Source: Prevotellaceae bacterium (lineage in GTDB: Bacteria; Bacteroidota; Bacteroidia; Bacteroidales; UBA932). From it: DNA of 42,589 bases. This document shows positions 16,951-26,255 of this stretch, piece after piece. Below the pieces are notes generated by a model. It saw only the letters and a program-made list of their open reading frames with translations. It had not been told where the DNA came from and ran no database searches. The DNA lies in assembly GCA_031270335.1 (NCBI GenBank), contig JAISXV010000035.1, positions 1-42,589 on the forward strand. The letters run 5' to 3'. Numbering within the stretch: the stretch's first letter is position 1; each line of letters begins with the position of its first letter. A program made the position numbers and the translations under genes.

Positions 16951-18201
16951 CTCGTATGCTCCCATTTTCAACATTTCCACTTCTTTAGGAGTCAAAAGGC
17001 GGTAATCTCCGCGTCGTAAACCTTTTTTTGTAAGACCAGCAAAATAAACTCTGTCGAGTTTAACAACTTCATATCCAAGTTTTTCGAACATACGCCGGAT
17101 AACTCTGTTCCTGCCCGAATGTATCTCGACCCCCAGTTCGGCTTTGTTGGTGTCCGAAACGTGGATACTGTCCACAACAGCCGGTCCGTCTTCGAGTTCG
17201 ACGCCTTCGATCAAGGCTTTTAAATCGGCTTTGGCAACATTTTTGTCAAGCCGTACCTGATACACTTTCAACTTGTTATGCGAAGGATGAGTTAACTGTT
17301 TCGCCAAATCGCCGTCGTTGGTGAAAAGCAACACTCCGGTGGAGTTCCTGTCCAACCGTCCGACAGGGTAAACCCGTTCCTTACACGCTCCCTCAATCAG
17401 TTCCATGACTGTCTTTTTCGCATGAGGGTCGTCGGTCGTCGTGATGTAGTTTTTCGGCTTGTTCAAAAGGATATACGCCTTGTTTTCGCCTTTCAGACGC
17501 TCCTTATTGAAACGGACGTCGTCATCTCTCCTGACTTTCGTGCCTAACTCGGTAACTATCGTACCATTAACCGAAACAAGCCCCGCAGTGATATACTCGT
17601 CGGCTTCTCTGCGCGAACATACCCCCGAATTTGCTATAAACTTGTTCAGTCGCACCAATTCGTCTTTCTTTTTCTCCGGTTTTCGTACCGATTTTCTTTC
17701 CGGCTTGTCGGAATACGACCTGCTGCTGCGACGAGGTTTTTGTTCCCGTCGGTCGGAATAATTTTCTCTTTCCGATGATGTTGAATACTTGCGGGGACGT
17801 TTCTCCTGCGAATCTCTTTCAGGCTTGTCGGAATACGACCTGCTGCTGCGACGAGGTTTTTGTTCCCGCCGATCGGAATAATTTTCTCTTTCCGATGATG
17901 CTGAATACTTGCGAGGACGTTTCTCCTGCGAATCTTTTTCAGGCTTGTCGGAATACGACCTGCTGCTGCGACGAGGTTTTTGCTCCCGTCTTTCGGAATA
18001 ATTTTCTCTTTCCGAAGATGTTGAATACTTGCGAACTCGTCTGTCCGTCGAATATTTTTCCGGTTTATCGGAATATGACCTTCGACGAGGCGCTTGTTCG
18101 TTTTTATCACTGCTTTTTTCGGACCTGTTTTTTATTTCCCACACCGAACCGGCAGTTTTTTTCTCTGTTTTATCCCTCAAAGGGGCTTTCTCTTTTCCCA
18201 T
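16948..18201 (-). CDS. rluB: rRNA pseudouridine synthase (RluB/RsuA family) with a repetitive basic N-terminal extension
   Basis: S4 domain (LVRLNKFIANSGVCSRREADEYITAGLVSVNG) and catalytic motif GRLDRNSTGVLLFTNDG. About 180 N-terminal residues are Arg/Ser/Lys/Glu-rich repeats. Confidence 0.85.
   Translation of the reverse strand: MGKEKAPLRDKTEKKTAGSVWEIKNRSEKSSDKNEQAPRRRSYSDKPEKYSTDRRVRKYSTSSERENYSERREQKPRRSSRSYSDKPEKDSQEKRPRKYSASSERENYSDRREQKPRRSSRSYSDKPERDSQEKRPRKYSTSSERENYSDRREQKPRRSSRSYSDKPERKSVRKPEKKKDELVRLNKFIANSGVCSRREADEYITAGLVSVNGTIVTELGTKVRRDDDVRFNKERLKGENKAYILLNKPKNYITTTDDPHAKKTVMELIEGACKERVYPVGRLDRNSTGVLLFTNDGDLAKQLTHPSHNKLKVYQVRLDKNVAKADLKALIEGVELEDGPAVVDSIHVSDTNKAELGVEIHSGRNRVIRRMFEKLGYEVVKLDRVYFAGLTKKGLRRGDYRLLTPKEVEMLKMGAYE
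17701..18090. repeat. 120-bp tandem repeat, about 3.2 copies, inside the 5' part of rluB
   Basis: Units start at 17701, 17821 and 17941, with a degenerate partial unit from 18061, and align almost base for base. They encode the 40-aa repeat YSDRREQKPRRSSRSYSDKPE[KR]DSQEKRPRKYS[AT]SSEREN. Confidence 0.95.
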
Positions 18202-18257
18202 GTCTTTCTATGTTTTTCGCTATTTTATACTGACTGTAGTTATAAACAATCGAGGTG

Positions 18258-18265
18258 CAAACATA
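18258..18265 (-). promoter_or_regulatory. -7 promoter box TATGTTTG upstream of rluB
   Basis: TAnnTTTG match 57 nt upstream of the start at 18201. Confidence 0.4.
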
Positions 18266-18297
18266 GTTAAAATTATTGACAATGATTAAAAAATGAT

Positions 18298-18321
18298 TTC
18301 TGTAATTCTGTAATTCTGTAA
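18298..18321. repeat. (TTCTGTAA)x3 octamer tandem repeat
   Basis: Three perfect copies, ending 7 nt upstream of the atpA -7 box. Confidence 0.9.
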
Positions 18322-18328
18322 ATTATAC

Positions 18329-18336
18329 TACCTTTG
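18329..18336 (+). promoter_or_regulatory. -7 promoter box TACCTTTG upstream of atpA
   Basis: TAnnTTTG match 22 nt upstream of the start at 18359. Confidence 0.5.
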
Positions 18337-18358
18337 CACCCTGAAATAAAGAATAATT

Positions 18359-19948
18359 ATGGATGCAATTAAAGCAAGCGAAGTCTCTAATATCCTGAAA
18401 ATGCAGTTGGAAGGCGTCAGGACAAACATGGAATTTGACGAAATCGGCACTGTCTTAAACGTCGGCGACGGGGTTGCCCGTATATACGGACTGAATAAAG
18501 TACAATCGAACGAATTGATTCTTTTCGAGGATGGTTCACGAGGAATAGTACTCAATCTTGAAGAAGAAAACGTAGGAGCGGTATTACTCGGCTCTTCCGA
18601 AAAAATCAAGGAAGGAATGAGCGTCAAACGTACCAACGAAATAGCCTCCATTAAAGTTGGCGAAGGGCTTCTCGGACGAGTTGTCAATGCACTTGGCGAC
18701 CCTATCGACGGAAAAGGAATAATCGAAGGCGACCTGATAGAGTTACCGTTGGAACGAAAAGCGCCGGGAGTAATATTCCGGCAGCCGGTATCCACGCCTT
18801 TGCAGACAGGCATTAAAGCAATAGACGCAATGATTCCTATCGGACGGGGACAGAGAGAGTTAATCATCGGCGACCGTCAGACGGGTAAAACGGCAATCGC
18901 TATCGACACAATTCTCAATCAGAAATATAACTACGAAGCTGGCGATCCTGTTTATTGCATTTACGTCGCGATAGGTCAGAAAGGTTCGACAGTGGCAAAT
19001 ATCGTCAAAACCTTAGAAGAGCATGGAGCGATGAAATATACCGTCGTCGTTGTATCCACAGCCTCCGATCCTGCTGCTTTACAGTACTATTCGGCATACG
19101 CAGGCGCCACTATCGGCGAATTTTTCAGAGACACGGGACGACATTCGTTGATTGTCTTCGACGACCTCTCGAAACAGGCGGTCGCATACAGAGAAGTGTC
19201 GCTGGTTTTGCGACGACCTCCCGGACGGGAAGCCTTTCCGGGCGACATCTTTTATCTCCATTCCCGATTGCTCGAACGTGCAGCAAAAATCATAGCTTCC
19301 GACAGCGTCGCAAAGAGTATGAACGACCTTCCCGAAGCGTTAAAACCGTTAGTGAAAGGCGGAGGTTCAATGACCGCTTTGCCGATAATCGAAACTCAGG
19401 CAGGCGACGTATCGGCGTATATCCCGACCAACGTCATTTCGATAACCGACGGGCAGATATTCCTGGACGCCAATCTTTTCAACGCAGGAAACAGACCCGC
19501 TATCAACGTCGGAATTTCGGTTTCACGCGTTGGAGGAAACGCCCAGATAAAATCAATGAAAAAGGTTGCAGGAACATTGAAACTTGATCAGGCTCAGTTT
19601 CGGGAAATTGAAGCGTTTTCGAAGTTCGGGTCGGACATCGACGCTTCAACAAAGATGGTGTTAGACAAAGGCTTACGCAATGTCGAACTGCTAAAACAAC
19701 CTCAATATCAGCCTGTTCCTGTCGAAAAACAGATAGCGATAATCTTCTGCGGCATCAATAATCTCCTTTTGGGAATCACGCCCGACAAAGTGAAAGATTT
19801 TGAAAAACTGTTTTTCGAAATACTTGACACAAAATACAAAAAAGAAGTTATGGAAACATTGAAATCCGGCGAAATAAATAACGCCATAGCATTGAAAATC
19901 AAAGAAGTCGCAAATGATGTGATTCATACGATAAACAAATCGGCGTAA
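18359..19948 (+). CDS. atpA: F0F1 ATP synthase subunit alpha
   Basis: 529 aa with Walker A GDRQTGKT and the conserved segments [42 protein letters not shown] and ITDGQIFL. Confidence 0.95.
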   Translation: MDAIKASEVSNILKMQLEGVRTNMEFDEIGTVLNVGDGVARIYGLNKVQSNELILFEDGSRGIVLNLEEENVGAVLLGSSEKIKEGMSVKRTNEIASIKVGEGLLGRVVNALGDPIDGKGIIEGDLIELPLERKAPGVIFRQPVSTPLQTGIKAIDAMIPIGRGQRELIIGDRQTGKTAIAIDTILNQKYNYEAGDPVYCIYVAIGQKGSTVANIVKTLEEHGAMKYTVVVVSTASDPAALQYYSAYAGATIGEFFRDTGRHSLIVFDDLSKQAVAYREVSLVLRRPPGREAFPGDIFYLHSRLLERAAKIIASDSVAKSMNDLPEALKPLVKGGGSMTALPIIETQAGDVSAYIPTNVISITDGQIFLDANLFNAGNRPAINVGISVSRVGGNAQIKSMKKVAGTLKLDQAQFREIEAFSKFGSDIDASTKMVLDKGLRNVELLKQPQYQPVPVEKQIAIIFCGINNLLLGITPDKVKDFEKLFFEILDTKYKKEVMETLKSGEINNAIALKIKEVANDVIHTINKSA

Positions 19949-21581
19949 CAGAATTTGTTTACGTCGAACAGTCCTTTATCGCAGATTTTCAGTTGAGGAA
20001 TCACGATAAGAGCCATAAACGACAGCGTCATAAACGGAGAAGTGAGCGGCGACCCGATTTGTTTGGCTTTCGTGTTCAGCCTTTCGTAATCGGACGCCAC
20101 ATTGTCGATGCTCTTGTCGCTGATAATTCCGGCAATCGGCAAAGGCAAGACGTCCACAATGCCGTCAACGCATACAGCGATACCGCCCGACACTTTAATC
20201 ACAGCGTTAATACACTCGACTATAGCCTCGTCGTTCACGCCCACGGCTATCAGATTGTGACTGTCGTGAGCGACCGTTCCGGCTAATGCTCCCTGTTTCA
20301 AACCGAATCCCTTAATGAAGCCGACCACAGGCTTCGAACCGGAAATATAACGGTTCAATACAACTATCTTCAAAACGTCTTCCTCGACAGACGAAATTAC
20401 ATCAAAACCCTTAACAATCGGTTTCATAACAATATTTTCGGTAAACAACTCCCTGTCAATAACTTTTATAACTCTTATATCCTTATCAGGCGTCGCTTTT
20501 ACACGAATATCTTCGACTGTAACGGGCGAGGCATGAAATTTGTTTTTAATCTCAATCTTCGGACGGTGTAAATTTACGCTCCCCCTACCCTGTCGTACGC
20601 CAATTTTCCAGAAATATATGTTTGCAGGATTTTAAATTCTGGCTTGATAGAATCGGTGATTATAAAATCAGCAGAATCGCCTTCTCTCAACAAACCCACC
20701 GGTATTCCGTAGTGAGCGACAGGATTCACGGCAACCGCTTTGAGCAGATTAAAGAAATTAATTCCTTTCGCGAGAGCCTTGTTTACTAACTTATTGATAT
20801 ATCCGTTTCGCAAATCGTCTGGATGCGAATCGTCTGTACACAGCATTACCGCCGAAGGATAACGGTCGATCAACGGATATAAAGCATCGAAATTTTTAAC
20901 GGCGCTTCCTTCCCTGATTAGAACTTTCATGCCGAGCGAAATCTTCTCTTCCGCCTCGCAGATATCCATACATTCGTGGTCTGTCGATATTCCAGCGGCG
21001 ATATATTTCTCCAGCGAAGTCCCCGAAAGACATGGTGCATGACCGTCAACGGGTTTATTCAGTCGTTTAGCCGCCTCGATTTTACCCATTATTTCCGCAT
21101 CACCGGCAATCACTCCCGGAAAATTCATCATCTCGGATAAATACCAGATATCCTCATTACGCAACAAAGCATTCACTTCATCGACGCCCAGCTTTGCTCC
21201 GGACGTCTCAAACGGCGCTGCAGGCACGCACGAAGGCGCTCCAAAGAAAAATTTAAACCCCGATTGTCGTCCGTTTTCGATAAAATATTCTACGCCATCG
21301 ACGCCAAGAACATTCGCAATCTCATGCGGGTCGCTTACCGTAGCGACAACGCCATGCGTTACAGCAGCTCGTGCAAACTCCGAAGGCATCAGCATACTGC
21401 TTTCGATATGCACATGCGAATCAATAAATCCGGGCATAATATAGCGTTCTTCGCAAACATCAATCTCCTCTATCCGTTCGATTTGTCCAAAAACATTAAC
21501 ATAAAGCCTGCCCTTGTATATCCTTTGCTCAAAAACATCTACAACATATCCGGTAATGGTATATGGCGTCAAAATATTCAT
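19924..21581 (-). pseudogene. ade: adenine deaminase interrupted by a frameshift in a G-run (or an assembly error)
   Basis: ORF 20574..21665 carries the amidohydrolase N-terminal part (PGFIDSHVHIESS, SDPHEIANV). ORF 19924..20448 carries the Adenine_deam_C part. The downstream frame is open back through 20449-20590 (NLHRPKIEIKNKFHASPVTVEDIRV...). The frames switch at CCCCC (20581-20585), and one extra G on the coding strand would fuse them. The likely start is the ATG at 21581 (MNILTPYTITGYVVDV). Confidence 0.8.
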
Positions 21582-21665
21582 AAACACCTCTTCTTTTACC
21601 TGAAAAGTCATCGGCGCAGTGTAAGGATTCGTTTTATTTATTATTACTCCCATATTTTTAACCAT

Positions 21666-21681
21666 TGTTCCACGTGGAACA
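21666..21681. promoter_or_regulatory. perfect 16-bp palindrome TGTTCCACGTGGAACA (copy 1), candidate operator
   Basis: Exact palindrome about 85 nt upstream of the ade start. An identical copy lies 45 bp away. Confidence 0.4.
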
Positions 21682-21706
21682 TTAATAATTAATATCGTTT
21701 TTAAAC

Positions 21707-21730
21707 AAAATGTTCCACGTGGAACATTTT
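21707..21730. promoter_or_regulatory. perfect 24-bp palindrome AAAATGTTCCACGTGGAACATTTT (copy 2), operator and/or bidirectional terminator
   Basis: Contains the same 16-mer as copy 1, has T-runs on both strands, and lies 11 nt downstream of the glycoside hydrolase stop at 21741. Confidence 0.4.
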
Positions 21731-21740
21731 GTTTTATTTT

Positions 21741-24683
21741 TTAATTCGCAATTAACACAATATTTACCGGTCCCGCCAGTCCTGATGGGCGCAATGGATG
21801 TTCTTTCGTAAACTTTCGGATATTTGTTTTCGTAAACCGTTTTTCTTCCGGCAGGAATTGATCGCCGATAAGACGGTTTTGCCAGAGGTTTACGACCTTT
21901 ATTTGCAACGTATTTTCGCCGTCATGAAGATATTCCGTAATATCCTGCGAAAACGGAGGTTGCCACCACACGCCTGCTGATTGTCCGTTGATGTGAACTT
22001 CGGCGAGATTATACAGTTCGCCGAGATCAAGATAGATGCGTTTGTTGCGACGCTGCCCGGCGGACAAATGGACGATAGTAGAGTATTCGGCTGCACCGGA
22101 GTAATATCGAATATCTTCGTCAGGATGTTCGTTCCAGAGGACGAGCTTGTCAAAACGAGTTTTTTCGGGAGCGCCCCAAGCAGTGTCGAAAGCGACATCC
22201 CAGCCAGATGTAACGGGAATCGTTTCTATTTCGGCGTTGAACGTATGCGTTTTATTATCAGATGAAGTCAGAGTCCAGTTGCCGGCGTGCACCATGAACA
22301 GTTTAGCGTCGTTAAGGGAAACAAATGGTTGCGTGTCGAAAGTATCCTGCGGTAATTCGGGAAACAGACTTTTCCCGTCCAGCAAGATATTTTCGTAATG
22401 CGCGTTCTGCGGTTTGCGGAACACGACAAACACTGAGCCGAACGGTTCGAGAAATAACGGAATCGTTGTCCGTCCTGCCTCCGTTTGATAGACGGGATAT
22501 TCGTTAACAGCGCCGGTTTCGGGATGCCAGAGTTCCGGCGTTCGCCCCTCTCCACGAAACGATACACGAAGATATTCCGGTCGTTCATTACGATTGACAA
22601 CGTAATATATTTCAGCGCTGTCGGTTGTACGATGAATATAATCAATCAGAGCGTCCGGCTTGCGACTTTCGTAAACAAAATCCGGAATAACGCCTTTTCG
22701 AAGCAAAGCTTCGCGAGTATTTTCTCCCGCTTGCAGATCGATTATCGTTGCGCCGGACTGTTGCATCGACTTAATTTTTTTCGCTGCTTCAGGCGATATA
22801 CCCTTATGTTTCGGCAGTACAAGAGCATGATAACTCATTCCATCAGGCAGATATATTTTTCCGCCGCTCACACTCATCCGGTCGAGGATAACCTCTGTAT
22901 TACAAACGTCATAATCGTATCCTTCGCCCAAATCGTCATTAACATGCTTCAACGGAACCTGATTCGGAACATTATCCCCATAATAATAACAGACGTCGCC
23001 AACAAACAAGCCCTGCGACAACATAAACGCAATACGGCTGTTCCATTCAATGAAAGCCGGAGCCTGTTGCCACCAGGTCACGTTTGGGTTAAAGTGCGTT
23101 CCGGCAAAATATTCGTTGCCGGGTTTACCGGCGTCTTTCGACGAATGAGAAAAAGTGTGTACAACAAGACGGTTAAGCCCTTCGCAATAAGCCCGATCAA
23201 GCGTCGGCTTCATATATGCAAAATCTTCTTCCCAATGCAAGCCGATACTCGTAGGACCCTCCGCCTGCACAAACCGGCGACCGTAAATATGCGCCGCCGA
23301 AGCAGGCTGTTTGATATAAATACGAGTTTGAGGCGAAACACGATGCGTCTTTGCCCGTATCCAAAATTCGCCCATCGGAATATCGTTTAATCCTTCGTTT
23401 TTCAGAGCGTCGATGGGAGCGGGATGCGGTCCGCCGCTTTCGGGATGAACGCCAAGACCGTCATTGTGAGCGCGGTCACGAAAGCGTTTGTAATGATTTT
23501 CCCATATCAAATCAGCTATTGTACGCCGAAAATCGTAGAGAAACTTATTAGATACATCACGACTTTCGATAATCCGTCCGGTAATCACCGGAAGATAGGG
23601 CAAAATATCATACCCGTGCGATTTTTTGAAGAACTGTTCAAAGCCGTTCGTCCAGTTTGTAGCGCCGAGTTCCCAGCTGTCGTCGTGGAGATATTTCAGA
23701 CTGTTGAGCTTCGCTTGTTGCACATCGCGGACAACAACAGCAGCAGTATTATCGTATTGCAAGTCGGTGGCATCGACGCTAAGATAGTCAATAGCAAGAC
23801 CGCCGCCGCCCGGACTGTGCGTCGATACCCGAATACCTGTTCCCGTATATCCGAACCGCATTATCAGATAACGACCTTCCGGCACATCCCAGACAATGTT
23901 TCCGCTGGCATCGACCTTGTCCGAAATATCAATCACATCGCCGATAAAAGCATGACAATCGCCTTCAGACGAGGGTTCGTCTTTGAGAAATATATCCCAA
24001 TCGCATCCTAATCCGTTGTCCGTGTGAGGTATATTGATAGAGTGTACCGCCTTGAGGCGAAAATTTTCCAGAGGTTTCACCGTATCGCATTGCGCTACAA
24101 GCCTCATGGCTATAACGGCAACGGGACGATAAAATGGAATATCATCAGCAGTTTTCAGCAAATTTTCCGGTAAAGGCAATTTCTCAGACAATGTTTTCGG
24201 TCCTTGTACTTCGAGTTCCGTCCACGTCAGTCTCTTCGCCGCATATTCCGGCGTCACCCATGGACCGCCGTCGTTCCATCCGCTACAGATGTTCATGCTG
24301 ATTTCTATTCCCAAACTGTCGGCGACACGACAAGCATAGAGAAACATCTCTCGCCATTCGGGCGACATAAACGTGTAACCTGCCGGAATTTGTTCTGTAA
24401 CAGTTCCATAAATTGTTCCGGCGGCGCATCCGGCGTCGAACAGCAAAGCTCCGTGAATACCTGCTTTTTTCATTTCAGTCAAGTCGGAGAGTATTCCTTC
24501 TTTCGAAATATTTCCGTCGAGCCACCACCAGAAAACACGAGGCTTGGCATAATCAGGCGGCACAGCAAAATCTGCTTCCAAATCGACGGATGAGGTATAG
24601 CCGGCATGTTCATAAAATGCCGGTTTATGCCCCGAAGTGCATCCGGCTACAATAATAACGATGTATAAAAATATCTTTTTCAT
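21741..24683 (-). CDS. glycoside hydrolase lipoprotein (GH106-like alpha-L-rhamnosidase family, tentative)
   Basis: 980 aa. Lipobox VAGCTS. N-terminal PRVFWWWLDGNISKEGILSDLTEMKKAGIHG is a pattern I associate with GH106-type enzymes. C-terminal jelly-roll segment LDLGELYNLAEVHINGQSAGVWW...LQIKVVNLWQNRLIGD. Confidence 0.6.
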   Translation of the reverse strand: MKKIFLYIVIIVAGCTSGHKPAFYEHAGYTSSVDLEADFAVPPDYAKPRVFWWWLDGNISKEGILSDLTEMKKAGIHGALLFDAGCAAGTIYGTVTEQIPAGYTFMSPEWREMFLYACRVADSLGIEISMNICSGWNDGGPWVTPEYAAKRLTWTELEVQGPKTLSEKLPLPENLLKTADDIPFYRPVAVIAMRLVAQCDTVKPLENFRLKAVHSINIPHTDNGLGCDWDIFLKDEPSSEGDCHAFIGDVIDISDKVDASGNIVWDVPEGRYLIMRFGYTGTGIRVSTHSPGGGGLAIDYLSVDATDLQYDNTAAVVVRDVQQAKLNSLKYLHDDSWELGATNWTNGFEQFFKKSHGYDILPYLPVITGRIIESRDVSNKFLYDFRRTIADLIWENHYKRFRDRAHNDGLGVHPESGGPHPAPIDALKNEGLNDIPMGEFWIRAKTHRVSPQTRIYIKQPASAAHIYGRRFVQAEGPTSIGLHWEEDFAYMKPTLDRAYCEGLNRLVVHTFSHSSKDAGKPGNEYFAGTHFNPNVTWWQQAPAFIEWNSRIAFMLSQGLFVGDVCYYYGDNVPNQVPLKHVNDDLGEGYDYDVCNTEVILDRMSVSGGKIYLPDGMSYHALVLPKHKGISPEAAKKIKSMQQSGATIIDLQAGENTREALLRKGVIPDFVYESRKPDALIDYIHRTTDSAEIYYVVNRNERPEYLRVSFRGEGRTPELWHPETGAVNEYPVYQTEAGRTTIPLFLEPFGSVFVVFRKPQNAHYENILLDGKSLFPELPQDTFDTQPFVSLNDAKLFMVHAGNWTLTSSDNKTHTFNAEIETIPVTSGWDVAFDTAWGAPEKTRFDKLVLWNEHPDEDIRYYSGAAEYSTIVHLSAGQRRNKRIYLDLGELYNLAEVHINGQSAGVWWQPPFSQDITEYLHDGENTLQIKVVNLWQNRLIGDQFLPEEKRFTKTNIRKFTKEHPLRPSGLAGPVNIVLIAN

Positions 24684-24686
24684 TGG

Positions 24687-26210
24687 TCATTGAATTTTTA
24701 CTCCACACATTTTTGTTTTATTCTCATAATTAATACTATTGCTGACAGTCACATAAATAGAATCTCCATTTAAGCGACAAGTAATCAATTCTGTATGAGG
24801 ACTTTCAATGTATCGCAAGCTGAGAGATAAAGTCTGTTCATCAGGCAAGTGATAACTCCCGTAAACTTTAAAAGGAGGAAATTCACTGAAAGCAGCAGGA
24901 TTGACCGCCAAATTGGGAGCCGGTTTGTTTGTTTCCCCTGCTAACCATTTTTCTTTTCCAAAATAAAACAAATAACCAAACCCGTTCAAAATGCAAGTAT
25001 CACCGGTTATGCGTAAGGAAAAAGGAATATTTTCTTCATTGTGAGAGAGACTGTAAATTTTTTCTCCCGTTAAATTAGTTTTCAGAGAGGAAGTAATGCC
25101 TTTTGGAGGATTTATTGCCAAGGAAGCCAATTTTTGATGCAAGGCGTTTACCGCATTTTCATCGGCAGGTAATGGCTGCGGATGCATAGCCGACAAGAGA
25201 TGTTCCCATATCAGATTGACTTCCTTTTGCATGTCGTACGCATTTGCCTGCACAACAATTACAGCGTCTTGTTCCGGCATCACAACAATGAGTTGTCCAT
25301 AAGCGCCATCGGCACGAAAAGCATTGTTCCGACATCGCCAAATTTGATAACAATAGCCTTGCGCCCAATCATCTGTTGCTCTTTTTTCAGGAGAGAGACC
25401 TGGATTTTGATAGATTTTAGCAGTCGTCGCTTCTTCAATCCACGATTCGGGTAACAATTGTTTCCCGTTCCATTTTCCTTTTTGCAGATAGAGTTGTCCT
25501 AATTTTGCCATATCTTCGGTATGTATTCGCAATCCCCATCCTCCTGTATTAATACCTTGTGGACAGATTTCCCATTCTGCCTCCCGGATAGCCAGAGGCT
25601 CCAGTAATCGGGGACGAAGATAATCCAAAAGCCTTTCGCCAGATACTTTTTGAACAATAGCCGACAGCATATAAGTAGCCATGGAATTATAAAAAAATTT
25701 CGTTCCAGGCTCATCTACAATCGGAGAAGCCAAAAAATCTTTTACCCATTGATTTCCATTACGTATTGGCTCGGGATTTTGTCCGGCTGTCATGCTAAGT
25801 AAATGTTTAACACATAATTGCGACAAATAAGGAGAAATAGAATCCGGCAATAAATCGGGGAAAAAAGTAATCACTTTATCATCGACGGATAACTTATTTT
25901 CGCTAACAGCAAAGCCAACAGCCGTAGAAGTAAAAGTCTTGCTTGTTGAATAAATGGTTTGCTTCAACTCAGGTTGATAGGGATTCCACCAACCTTCTGC
26001 AATTACTTTCCCATGTCGCAGGAAAATAAAACTGTGCCATTCTTCACCGCTTTGTTCTATAGCTTCTATAAAGTTCAAGATGGCTTGAGAAGAAATTCCT
26101 TCTTTTTCGGGAATACTTCGTTGGAATGAATCCGGATTCTTTATTTCCGAACAAGCACAGAAACACAAAAAAGAACAGTATATAAGCCCGATATTTACAA
26201 CTTGTTTCAT
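24687..26210 (-). CDS. serine hydrolase, beta-lactamase/transpeptidase-like (class C family)
   Basis: 507 aa with a lipoprotein signal (CFCACS) and the S-x-x-K motif in YSTSKTFTS. Ends 3 nt before the GH start. Confidence 0.8.
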   Translation of the reverse strand: MKQVVNIGLIYCSFLCFCACSEIKNPDSFQRSIPEKEGISSQAILNFIEAIEQSGEEWHSFIFLRHGKVIAEGWWNPYQPELKQTIYSTSKTFTSTAVGFAVSENKLSVDDKVITFFPDLLPDSISPYLSQLCVKHLLSMTAGQNPEPIRNGNQWVKDFLASPIVDEPGTKFFYNSMATYMLSAIVQKVSGERLLDYLRPRLLEPLAIREAEWEICPQGINTGGWGLRIHTEDMAKLGQLYLQKGKWNGKQLLPESWIEEATTAKIYQNPGLSPEKRATDDWAQGYCYQIWRCRNNAFRADGAYGQLIVVMPEQDAVIVVQANAYDMQKEVNLIWEHLLSAMHPQPLPADENAVNALHQKLASLAINPPKGITSSLKTNLTGEKIYSLSHNEENIPFSLRITGDTCILNGFGYLFYFGKEKWLAGETNKPAPNLAVNPAAFSEFPPFKVYGSYHLPDEQTLSLSLRYIESPHTELITCRLNGDSIYVTVSNSINYENKTKMCGVKIQ

Positions 26211-26255
26211 ATTATCATGTTATTAAAACCAAGTACAAAGGTAATAATTTTTTTA

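Noticed and set aside
17646-18233. ORFs 17646..18110 (-) and 17775..18233 (+) within the rluB repeat region
   Set aside because: These are alternative frames of the 120-bp tandem repeat. Only the frame that continues into the S4 and pseudouridine synthase domains is credible.
18328-18867. 179-aa ORF antisense to atpA, and the 18955..19587 alternate-frame ORF
   Set aside because: They lie within the strongly conserved atpA coding sequence. Their Ser/Pro/Arg-rich low-complexity translations are not credible proteins.
21582-21665. 28-codon N-terminal extension of the adenine deaminase ORF
   Set aside because: Adenine deaminases normally begin about 10-15 residues before the G-x-V-V-D-V segment. 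The extension would run up to the palindromic operator-like site.
19924-21665. Annotating the two adenine deaminase ORFs as separate functional genes
   Set aside because: The downstream frame stays open across the gap and encodes the contiguous middle of the enzyme. A single-base change in a G-run joins the two, so this is one interrupted gene.
22485-23390. 301-aa ORF antisense to the glycoside hydrolase gene, with 23424..24011 and 24204..24593
   Set aside because: These are shadow ORFs of a 980-aa gene with clear lipoprotein and GH features. They are Arg-rich and low-complexity.
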